64,000 nucleotides of DNA from Acidimicrobiales bacterium (GTDB lineage: Bacteria; Actinomycetota; Acidimicrobiia; Acidimicrobiales; Acidimicrobilacustridaceae): positions 48,672-112,671 of the forward strand of contig JBBEAV010000015.1 in assembly GCA_040882655.1 (NCBI GenBank). The letters run 5' to 3'. Below the pieces are notes generated by a model. It saw nothing but the letters and a program-made list of their open reading frames with translations. It did not search any database and was not told the DNA's origin. A program made the position numbers and the translations under genes. This document shows positions 37,869-45,818 of the stretch, piece after piece (positions within the stretch are counted from its first letter, which is position 1; each line of letters starts with the position of its first letter).

Positions 37869-38852
37869 ATGAGTTTCCCTCAACGCCGTCTCCGTCGCCT
37901 TCGCCGTACGCCGACACTTCGCCGGATGGTTGCCGAAACGCGACTTTCAACTGACGATCTCATCGCGCCTCTCTTTGTCCGTGAAGGAATAACTGAGCCT
38001 CAACCGATTGCGTCGATCCCGGGTGTGGTCCAACACACGTTGGGTTCGCTTCAGGCTGAAGTTGCCGACCTCTTGGGTTTGGGTGTTCCTGGTGTCATTT
38101 TGTTTGGTGTGCCGGCGACCAAGGATGAGAGTGGATCAGGGGCCTGGGATCCGGACGGAATTGTTCAAATTGCATTGCGGGAATTGCGCGACACCTTTGG
38201 CGACAGGGTCGTGCTCATGGCCGACCTCTGTCTTGACGAGTACACCTCCCACGGCCACTGCGGTGTTCTCGACGGATATGGAAGTGTCGACAACGACGCC
38301 ACTCTTGACCTCTATACAAACGTTGCCATTGCGCAGGCTGCCGCTGGCGCTGACATCGTCGCTCCTTCCGGAATGATGGACGGTGCCGTTGCTGCAATTC
38401 GCGACGCACTTGATGAAGAGAATTACGTCGGAACTGCGATCATGGCGTACTCGGCGAAGTACGCGTCGGCTTTGTACGGACCCTTTCGAGACGCGGTAGA
38501 CGTCACGATCGCGAACGGCGGCGACCGCAAGGGTTATCAACAAGATCCAGCAAACGCACGCGAGTCACTCGAAGAGATTCGACTCGACATTCTTGAAGGC
38601 GCAGACATCGTGATGGTGAAGCCAGCGATGTCCTATCTCGACGTCATTGCAAGAGCTCGCCCCGAAATTGATATTCCGTTGGCCGCCTATCACGTCTCCG
38701 GTGAATACGCGATGGTGAAAGCTGCTGCTGAGCGGGGTTGGATCGATGGCGAGGCAGTTGCGCTCGAACATCTCACATCGATTCGCCGCGCCGGTGCCGA
38801 CATGATCCTGACGTATTTCGCGCGTGAGGTCGCCGAACTTCTTAACGATTGA
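37869..38852 (+). CDS. hemB: Porphobilinogen synthase
   Basis: RLRRLR, DLCLDEYTSHGHCG, APSGMMDG, SAKYAS, MVKPA, YHVSGEY. Confidence 0.97.
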   Translation: MSFPQRRLRRLRRTPTLRRMVAETRLSTDDLIAPLFVREGITEPQPIASIPGVVQHTLGSLQAEVADLLGLGVPGVILFGVPATKDESGSGAWDPDGIVQIALRELRDTFGDRVVLMADLCLDEYTSHGHCGVLDGYGSVDNDATLDLYTNVAIAQAAAGADIVAPSGMMDGAVAAIRDALDEENYVGTAIMAYSAKYASALYGPFRDAVDVTIANGGDRKGYQQDPANARESLEEIRLDILEGADIVMVKPAMSYLDVIARARPEIDIPLAAYHVSGEYAMVKAAAERGWIDGEAVALEHLTSIRRAGADMILTYFAREVAELLND

Positions 38853-38856
38853 AACC

Positions 38857-40128
38857 ATGAAACCAACAAACGAGTCATTATTCGAACGCGGTCAGCGCGT
38901 AATCCCCGGCGGAGTTAATTCACCAGTTCGCGCCTTTCGTTCCGTTGGCGGCACCCCTTATTTTGTGGCTAGCGGTAGCGGTGCTCGTGTCACCGATGTT
39001 GAAGGGACAACGTTTCTTGATTTGGTTCAGAGTTATGGCGCAATCATCGCCGGCCACGCGCATCCAAAAATCATCGAAGCCATTCAGAAGGCGGCTGTTC
39101 ACGGAACATCGTTCGGCGCTCCTACACCCCGTGAGGTTGAACTTGCTGAAGCAATAAGTGAGCGGGTGCCGTCTTGTGAAAAACTGCGCATGGTCAACAG
39201 CGGGACCGAGGCAACTATGAGCGCAATCCGTGTCGCTCGCGGAGCGACTGGCCGTCCAAAAATCCTCAAATTTGCTGGCAACTATCACGGCCACAGCGAT
39301 GGCCTTTTGGTGTCGGGCGGCACTGCGATGGCATCACTTGGAATTCCCGCATCTGCCGGTGTTACCGAAAACGCAATCGCCGATACCGTTGTTGCGCCCT
39401 ACAACGTTGTTCCCACTCTTGATGACACATTTGCTGCCGTCATTGTGGAGCCTTGCGCAGCGAATATGGGGCTTGTCCCTCCGGCCACTGGTTTTCTTGA
39501 GGGTCTGCGTGCGGAATGCGATCGCGTGGGGGCGTTACTCATTTTCGACGAGGTCATCACTGGATTCCGAGTTGCCCGCGGCGGTGCTCAAGAACTTCTT
39601 GGTGTGAAGCCTGATCTCACAGCGTTCGGAAAAATCATTGGCGGAGGTTTGCCTGTCGGGGCATTCGGTGGCCGTGCCGATGTCATGGACAACCTCGCCC
39701 CACTCGGTCCTGTGTACCAAGCGGGAACGTTGTCAGGAAACCCACTGGCAACAGCGGCCGGGCTCGCAGCACTCGAACTTCTTGACGTCGATGCGTACGC
39801 GCTTATTGATTCACGTGCGGAGTGTCTGGCCGGTTCGTTCGCAAATGCATTCGCAAGCGCAGGCATCAAGGTGTGCGTTCCACGGTTCGCAAGTCTTGTT
39901 GGTCTGTATTTCGGTGAGACTGCACCAAGTGACTACGTAAGCGCGTGCACCACTGACGAATCGTTGTACGCAGCGTTTTTTCATGCGCTACTTGCTCGCA
40001 ACGTTGCAATTGCGCCGGGGGCCTACGAGATCATGTTCCCGGGTTTAGCTCATGACGACGAAGTACTAACAGCAATCGCTGACGCAGCCCACTCGGCGGC
40101 CGCTGAAGTTGCGGCTGCGACGCTGTAG
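38857..40128 (+). CDS. hemL: Glutamate-1-semialdehyde 2,1-aminomutase
   Basis: IPGGVNSPVRAF, NSGTEATM, YHGHSD, FDEVITGFR, FGKIIGGGLP, YQAGTLSGNP. Confidence 0.97.
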   Translation: MKPTNESLFERGQRVIPGGVNSPVRAFRSVGGTPYFVASGSGARVTDVEGTTFLDLVQSYGAIIAGHAHPKIIEAIQKAAVHGTSFGAPTPREVELAEAISERVPSCEKLRMVNSGTEATMSAIRVARGATGRPKILKFAGNYHGHSDGLLVSGGTAMASLGIPASAGVTENAIADTVVAPYNVVPTLDDTFAAVIVEPCAANMGLVPPATGFLEGLRAECDRVGALLIFDEVITGFRVARGGAQELLGVKPDLTAFGKIIGGGLPVGAFGGRADVMDNLAPLGPVYQAGTLSGNPLATAAGLAALELLDVDAYALIDSRAECLAGSFANAFASAGIKVCVPRFASLVGLYFGETAPSDYVSACTTDESLYAAFFHALLARNVAIAPGAYEIMFPGLAHDDEVLTAIADAAHSAAAEVAAATL

Positions 40129-40167
40129 GAGCGTAATCAGCAGTTGTCAGAACAGAAAACGCCTGAC

Positions 40168-40968
40168 CTAACTGCCGACTGGTGTTGTCCAGTTGGGCTG
40201 AATCGTGAGTTTGCCGGCCGGGTCGAACAGAGGCGTGCCTTCAGGGGCGACGAGTTCACCGGCTGCATTAAGCATCGGCTTTCCGTCGGCGTAGGTTATG
40301 TTTTCGGTTGCGGCATCAACAGTAGGTTTGCCACCGGAAATCGTTTCCCACTCGTAACGAATTACTGCGAGTAACTCGGCTTGAGTGAGCGTTTTATCGA
40401 AATTCGGCATGGGATTACCGTTGTAACTCAGAGTTTTGTGCTGGCCACCAACTCGAGCAGGGTCGCCGTAGGGAGTTCCGGCCGGGCCGGTTCCGTTGGA
40501 ACCAATCCAAACGAATTCAAGCATTCCGATCATGTCAGGGAATGTCGCAGTCAAGTTGCCCTCGTTCATAACGCGACCAACACCGCCGCCACCTGCAGCG
40601 CCGTGACAACCAGCGCAGTTGGCAGCAAAGAGTGCTTGACCAGTTGCCAATTGCGAAGGGGCGCCGCTTGATGCAGGAGAAAGTGCGCCAATATAAATAA
40701 CTGCCCAGAGAGGAAGAAAGGCCAGCACAGGCATGGCCCAAAACGGGATTTTCTTACGTTTGAGTGCCGCTTCGACGTAGGCCGGCACTGGCTCGGATGC
40801 AGCCGCGGGTACTACAGCGGCGGGGGCCGCAGCCGCAGTAACTGCAGTTTTTTCCACCGCTGCGCTTTCGGCAACAGGGGCAGCATCAGCCGCAGCGGGG
40901 GTACCGCCATCGAGCGACGTCCGACGGTCTTTGGAGCGCTTGAGCAGATGCTCGGGGACTTCGGTCAC
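40168..40968 (-). CDS. Membrane-anchored monohaem cytochrome c
   Basis: GGAGG RBS with GTG start; Ala-rich N-terminus, one TM (IPFWAMPVL...), CAGCH, candidate Met ligand in NPMPNF. Confidence 0.88.
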   Translation of the reverse strand: MTEVPEHLLKRSKDRRTSLDGGTPAAADAAPVAESAAVEKTAVTAAAAPAAVVPAAASEPVPAYVEAALKRKKIPFWAMPVLAFLPLWAVIYIGALSPASSGAPSQLATGQALFAANCAGCHGAAGGGGVGRVMNEGNLTATFPDMIGMLEFVWIGSNGTGPAGTPYGDPARVGGQHKTLSYNGNPMPNFDKTLTQAELLAVIRYEWETISGGKPTVDAATENITYADGKPMLNAAGELVAPEGTPLFDPAGKLTIQPNWTTPVGS

Positions 40969-41236
40969 GGTTCCTCCGAAGTAGTCGGGAGAGTGCGAGT
41001 AGAGGTAGTGGCGTTGACCTCGGTTTAAGCGGTCAATGTCAAGGTTGCTAGAGGGAATCTAGACCACGAAGAGAGCACTGAGCCAAGTATGGACAATTGA
41101 ACCTCGGGAAATCACCGCGGTGAAATGTCACGCACACGAATCCAGGCTGCAATGTCTCAATTCCCGTGTGTCGGTGCTAGACATTGAAGGCGCCTAGCCA
41201 AGAAGTTCGGGTTCGGCACAGTTCTGTCCGTGCCAA

Positions 41237-41254
41237 TTGTGCAATCGTTCACAA
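41237..41254. promoter_or_regulatory. Rex operator (ROP)
   Basis: TTGTGCA-ATCG-TTCACAA, one mismatch to TTGTGAA-N4-TTCACAA, abutting the GGGAGG RBS of the first gene of the respiratory operon. Confidence 0.8.
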
Positions 41255-41269
41255 GGGAGGCCAATCCGG

Positions 41270-41725
41270 GTGGTTGCGTTCATCGCATCGGTACTTGTGA
41301 TGGTCTTATTGACCGCACTCGTGATTCCGGTGGCTAAGCGGCGTCCAGTAGGAACCCCAGTCACTTGGGGCGAGGCCATGGTGGTAGCGGTCTATGTCTT
41401 TTTCCTCTTCTTTTGGGCCTACGGGCTCGTTCCTCATCTGTTTCTCACATGGGCAGACAACGAACTTGGTTGGCGCCCAGACAAACTTCTTCTCGGCCCC
41501 GGTGGCATTCTCAAGCCCCAGTCCCTTGACGGGTTGAGCCCCATTACGATCTCGTATCAGACAATCAGGGATATTCTTGCTGTCCTTCTCTACGTGGTCC
41601 TGCTGGGCGCAAACATTGCACTTTGGATGTGGTGGCAGAATCGCGGAAAGCGTGTTGAGGCCGCCAAAACCGCCAAGGCCACGGCGACCTCCGAGTACGG
41701 TCGACCGATGGCTAGGAACAACTAG
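41270..41725 (+). CDS. Hypothetical 3-TM membrane protein, first gene of the respiratory operon
   Basis: GGGAGG then GTG 41270. Three hydrophobic segments and TWGEAM...YGLVPHLFLTWADNELGW. Ends 2 nt before the ferredoxin. Confidence 0.75.
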   Translation: MVAFIASVLVMVLLTALVIPVAKRRPVGTPVTWGEAMVVAVYVFFLFFWAYGLVPHLFLTWADNELGWRPDKLLLGPGGILKPQSLDGLSPITISYQTIRDILAVLLYVVLLGANIALWMWWQNRGKRVEAAKTAKATATSEYGRPMARNN

Positions 41726-41727
41726 TT

Positions 41728-42144
41728 ATGGCGCGAATAGATGCCAATCCTCCGATGCCAGAGTTCCGCGACGATTACGTCCTGCGGGAAGTCGACGCCG
41801 AGTGGCTTTCCAAGGCGGTCAAGCCAAAACAGTTCATCCACATTGACCAGTCTGAATGCATCACTTGCGAGGGCTGTGTCGATATCTGCCCATGGAAATG
41901 CATCCATCTCGTCCGCACCTCTTCCATTGACGAGGCCCTAGGGACAGAACTTCCCGGCGACGACCCCGGTGACCATTCGGTCTTTTTGATCGATGACGAT
42001 GTGTGCACTCGCTGCGCGCTTTGCGTTGATCGCTGCCCAACTGGTGTGATCATCCTCGGGAAGGTCGGTGCTGCACCGGCCGATGGCGATTCTCACCAAC
42101 GCATGCCCACCCACGGCTATGGGTACGGGATGCGCCTCGGCTAG
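41728..42144 (+). CDS. 2x[4Fe-4S] dicluster ferredoxin-like protein
   Basis: CITCEGCVDICP and CTRCALCVDRCP. Confidence 0.92.
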   Translation: MARIDANPPMPEFRDDYVLREVDAEWLSKAVKPKQFIHIDQSECITCEGCVDICPWKCIHLVRTSSIDEALGTELPGDDPGDHSVFLIDDDVCTRCALCVDRCPTGVIILGKVGAAPADGDSHQRMPTHGYGYGMRLG

Positions 42145-42253
42145 TTTTTCGTTTCACAGATTTTCTTTAGTTTTCGCTGTTTTTCAGTAATTTTTGAATC
42201 CGAACCACCCTCCCGGGATCGATACCGATCTCGGCTCACACGGAGCAACTGCC

Positions 42254-43042
42254 TTGGCCAAAACCATGGAGCGACCCAGCGGGAAGAAGACCCCCGCCCA
42301 GCGCGTCAGTGAAATCGTCGACAAAACGCAAGGCTCACAAGCCTGGAACTCTATTTTCCGTCCAGGCTCGGTGTTCCGAAAGGGCTACACCGATAGCCCC
42401 CGTAACCGTTCTTACGTGATCATGAACAGCGTGCTGTACCACCTTCACCCCGTGAAGGTGAAGCGTCATGCGGTAAAGGTCAGCTACACCTTGTGCCTTG
42501 GAGGGCTCAGTTTCTTTCTTTTCATTCTGCTGACCATCACCGGCATTTTCTTGATGTTCTTTTATCGCCCCACCGCTGCGCAGGCTTGGAACGACATCTA
42601 CACGCTTCAGACTTCTGTTGCTTTCGGCCTTCTGGTCCGGAATGTGCACAGATGGGCCGCCCATCTCATGGTGTTGGCAGTGTTCTTGCACATGGCCCGT
42701 GTCTTCTACCACGGTGCCTATAAACCGCCTCGCGAGTTCAATTGGGTAATCGGCGTCATTCTCTTGACCCTGACTCTGCTCCTTTCCTTTACTGGTTATC
42801 TCCTTCCATGGGATCAGCTTGCACTTTGGGCCGTCACCGTAGGTACCAACATGATGGGGTACACCCCGGTCTTCGGCGAGCAAGTGAGGTTCGTTCTCCT
42901 TGGAGGCAAAGAAATTGGTACCGACACGCTGTTGCGTTGGTACGTGTTACACGTGTTGTTTGTTCCATTCGTGACAGTCATCTTCCTTGCGATCCACTTC
43001 TGGCGGGTTCGCAAGGATGGCGGCATCTCCGGACCATTGTGA
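42254..43042 (+). CDS. Cytochrome b N-terminal subunit (split, b6/Firmicutes QcrB-like) with heme-ci Cys
   Basis: YTLCLGG, RNVHRW...FLHMAR, TGYLLPWDQ, VLHV...IHFWRVRKDGGISGPL (four His ligands). Start is TTG 42254 or ATG 42266. Confidence 0.9.
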   Translation: MAKTMERPSGKKTPAQRVSEIVDKTQGSQAWNSIFRPGSVFRKGYTDSPRNRSYVIMNSVLYHLHPVKVKRHAVKVSYTLCLGGLSFFLFILLTITGIFLMFFYRPTAAQAWNDIYTLQTSVAFGLLVRNVHRWAAHLMVLAVFLHMARVFYHGAYKPPREFNWVIGVILLTLTLLLSFTGYLLPWDQLALWAVTVGTNMMGYTPVFGEQVRFVLLGGKEIGTDTLLRWYVLHVLFVPFVTVIFLAIHFWRVRKDGGISGPL

Positions 43043-43052
43043 TCGAGGAGCG

Positions 43053-43838
43053 ATGACAGAGATACCCGAACATCTCCGCAAACGCGCTGAAGAGGCGAAG
43101 GCCAAGGCAGCGGCCAAGGCAGCCGGCGACGCGCCCGGCGGCGCAACCACGGCAGCCGAGGCACCGGCTACCGCAGCACCGAGCGCGGGCGATAGTCGTA
43201 TTCCGGCCCATTTGCTCGAGCGATCAAAATCGGCAAAAGCCAAAAAAGACAGCGGTACCGATGTTGTTGCTGCCACCACTGGCGGCGGTGTTGCTACTGC
43301 GGTGGCCGAAGCGGCGCCACCTCCCACGGCCACTGGCCCCGGTGGGCACACACAACGCCTACTCACGGTGGTCAAGGCCGGTTCAATCCAAGACCTGAAG
43401 TCAGTTCCCGTAGACAAAGTCCATGTGTGGCCGCATCTTCTAGCCATCGAATTTGTGGCGGCGTTGGCGATCACGGTTTTCACTCTGATTTTTTCGGTCT
43501 TCGTGAACGCTCCGCTCCTTGAACTCGCAAATCTCAATGAGACGCCAAACCCATCGAAAGCACCTTGGTACTTTCTTGGCCTTCAGGAACTCCTCACTAT
43601 GTTCCACCCAATGGTGGCCGGTGTGACCATCCCCGGTATGGGTATTTTCCTGTTGATCCTTGCTCCCTACATTGATCGCAACCCGTCAAATAAGCCCGAA
43701 GATCGCAAGTTTGCGATCTCACTCTTTACTGTGCAACTGATGTTCTGGGCAGTACTGGTCATTATTGGTTCCTTCTTCCGTGGGCCTGGCTTCCTTTTTG
43801 TGACGCCATGGACCGGCGGCCTGTTCTTCGAGTTGTGA
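43053..43838 (+). CDS. Cytochrome b C-terminal subunit (subunit IV-like) with long N-terminal extension
   Basis: GAGGAG RBS; VWPHLL, APLLELAN...TPNPSKAPWYFLGLQELL, PYIDRNP, IIGSFFRGPG. Confidence 0.88.
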   Translation: MTEIPEHLRKRAEEAKAKAAAKAAGDAPGGATTAAEAPATAAPSAGDSRIPAHLLERSKSAKAKKDSGTDVVAATTGGGVATAVAEAAPPPTATGPGGHTQRLLTVVKAGSIQDLKSVPVDKVHVWPHLLAIEFVAALAITVFTLIFSVFVNAPLLELANLNETPNPSKAPWYFLGLQELLTMFHPMVAGVTIPGMGIFLLILAPYIDRNPSNKPEDRKFAISLFTVQLMFWAVLVIIGSFFRGPGFLFVTPWTGGLFFEL

Positions 43839-43863
43839 TGGCACAAACGCAGGAGTCCCTCAA

Positions 43864-44718
43864 ATGAACCCTCTCGTCATCGTCATTCCTGTCCTCGTGG
43901 TTCTCGCCGGCGTGGTGCTTTATGCCGCATCACGGCGACGTGATAGTGCTGGTGTAACTGGCGCCCTTAGTCGCGAGACGGTGAAGCGAGATAAGCCCGC
44001 AGTTGCGCTTGAAGGGGACGCTGAATTAGCTGGCGTTTCCGGTCGGCAGGTCGAGGCCACTGCGGCGCTCGAGCGCCGCCCGAGCGCACCGGCCCTATCG
44101 AACACTGAGATTGCTCCGTTCGTGGCCCCTGATGCCGATGCCATTGGTATCTCACGAAGAAAGTTCTTCAACCGATCCATCATCGTAATGATGGGTCTCG
44201 CGTTGTCGGGCTTTGGTGCGGCTACTCTTGCCTTCCTTTGGCCAATGCCCAAGGGCGGATTTGGCTCGAAGATTCGAGTAGGCACTATCGCCGATGTTCA
44301 GGCAAAAATCGTCGCCAATAAGGGCTTTCTCTACTCGGCTGAAGGCCGTATGTGGTTAACCTCCTACCCCAAGGCGGCGACGGCGAAAGCGAAGGCCGTT
44401 TATCCGGCGGCAGTGCTTCCGTCAATGGAAGCGGGCGTGGTGGCTCTTTATCAAAAGTGTCCGCACCTTGGTTGTCGGGTCCCCTCTTGCGTGACTTCGC
44501 AGTGGTTCGAATGCCCATGCCACGGTTCTCAATACAATCTGGCCGGCGAGAAAAAAGGCGGTCCGGCCCCCCGCGGTATGGATCGATTCGCAACCTCAGT
44601 AGCGGGCGATGTCCTCACGGTCGATACCGGTCAGATCATTCAAGGCCCGGCCATTGGCACCAATACCACTGGGCAAGAAGCTGAAGGCCCACATTGTGTG
44701 GGTGGAGGAAGTCACTGA
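43864..44718 (+). CDS. Rieske [2Fe-2S] protein with an N-terminal TM and an internal Tat motif
   Basis: CPHLGC and CPCHGSQY boxes, GPAPRGMD, SRRKFF before the second TM. Confidence 0.93.
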   Translation: MNPLVIVIPVLVVLAGVVLYAASRRRDSAGVTGALSRETVKRDKPAVALEGDAELAGVSGRQVEATAALERRPSAPALSNTEIAPFVAPDADAIGISRRKFFNRSIIVMMGLALSGFGAATLAFLWPMPKGGFGSKIRVGTIADVQAKIVANKGFLYSAEGRMWLTSYPKAATAKAKAVYPAAVLPSMEAGVVALYQKCPHLGCRVPSCVTSQWFECPCHGSQYNLAGEKKGGPAPRGMDRFATSVAGDVLTVDTGQIIQGPAIGTNTTGQEAEGPHCVGGGSH

Positions 44719-45818
44719 TGTACGACTTGGTCATTTTGGCGAGCGCACAGCAGACGATCGGTTATGTCGTCGCCGGCATCCTTCTCGTTGCGTTTGTTGT
44801 CGCCATTGCGGTGAATGTGCGCAAGAGCCGATCGGAGATTGGCTCGGAAGTTGCACTCGCTGCGAATCGCAAGCCGTACATGAACGATGAGGAACTCGAG
44901 ACCAAAAAGCTCGATCGCACCCTTGGTTTAGGTCTTGTTGCACTTGGTGTTATCGCCCTCACCCTGCCGCTGTACTGGTTAGCTGAGCCTGGCCGCCAAG
45001 AAGACTCAGTTAAACTTTTTGAGAACATTGCGATTTCTCGGGGCGAGGAGATTTATACGGTGGGTGCGCAGTGCGCGAATTGCCACGGACCCAATGGTGT
45101 CGGTGGTGTTGCTAGTTACACGCTCCTTGACCCTGCAACCGGCGCATATGTCGATCAGGTCGAATGGAAGTCTCCTGCGCTTGACACAGTGATGTATCGC
45201 TATACGCCAGAGCAACTCACTTACATCCTCAATTACGGCCGCGGTTACTCACCGATGCCGGCATGGGGTGCACCCGGCGGTGGTCCGCTCACCGAGCAGC
45301 AAATCGAGGAAGTCATTGCGTACCTCTTTTCAATCCAGTTGCCGGCTGCAGAATCTCAAGCAGCAGTGCAAGCACAACTCGACCTTGTCTGTAAGGCCGA
45401 CGCCAACAACAACTGCACCGTGACTGGCGCCGAGTACAAGACCCTTGGCGAAGCAATCTTCAATCTTGGCTACAGCGATGGTTTCGCCGCCGGCGCTTAT
45501 GCCTGCGGACGTTGTCATACTCCGGGGTGGTCCTTTGGTGATGCCGGCGTGGCCGGCGGTGGCGCGATGGGCCCAAGCTTTATCGGCGGTTCTGCGGAGC
45601 GACAGTTCCCGGTTGCCACTCAGCAGGAAGCCTACGTATCGGCTTATCCAAAGATGGGAACGGCCTATGGCGTCAACGGCTGGTCGAGTGGCCGCATGGG
45701 TAGTTTTGGCACTAATCCAAATGCTCAAGACCCTAAGACGGCACTGATGAGCCAAGACCAAGTCATGCTTACGCCCAACCAAATAGCGGCTGTTGTCGCC
45801 TACGAGCGGAGCCTCTAA
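44718..45818 (+). CDS. Membrane-anchored dihaem cytochrome c
   Basis: Two N-terminal TMs; CANCH with SPMPAWG and CGRCH with GRMGSF. TGATG overlap with the Rieske gene. Confidence 0.9.
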   Translation: MYDLVILASAQQTIGYVVAGILLVAFVVAIAVNVRKSRSEIGSEVALAANRKPYMNDEELETKKLDRTLGLGLVALGVIALTLPLYWLAEPGRQEDSVKLFENIAISRGEEIYTVGAQCANCHGPNGVGGVASYTLLDPATGAYVDQVEWKSPALDTVMYRYTPEQLTYILNYGRGYSPMPAWGAPGGGPLTEQQIEEVIAYLFSIQLPAAESQAAVQAQLDLVCKADANNNCTVTGAEYKTLGEAIFNLGYSDGFAAGAYACGRCHTPGWSFGDAGVAGGGAMGPSFIGGSAERQFPVATQQEAYVSAYPKMGTAYGVNGWSSGRMGSFGTNPNAQDPKTALMSQDQVMLTPNQIAAVVAYERSL

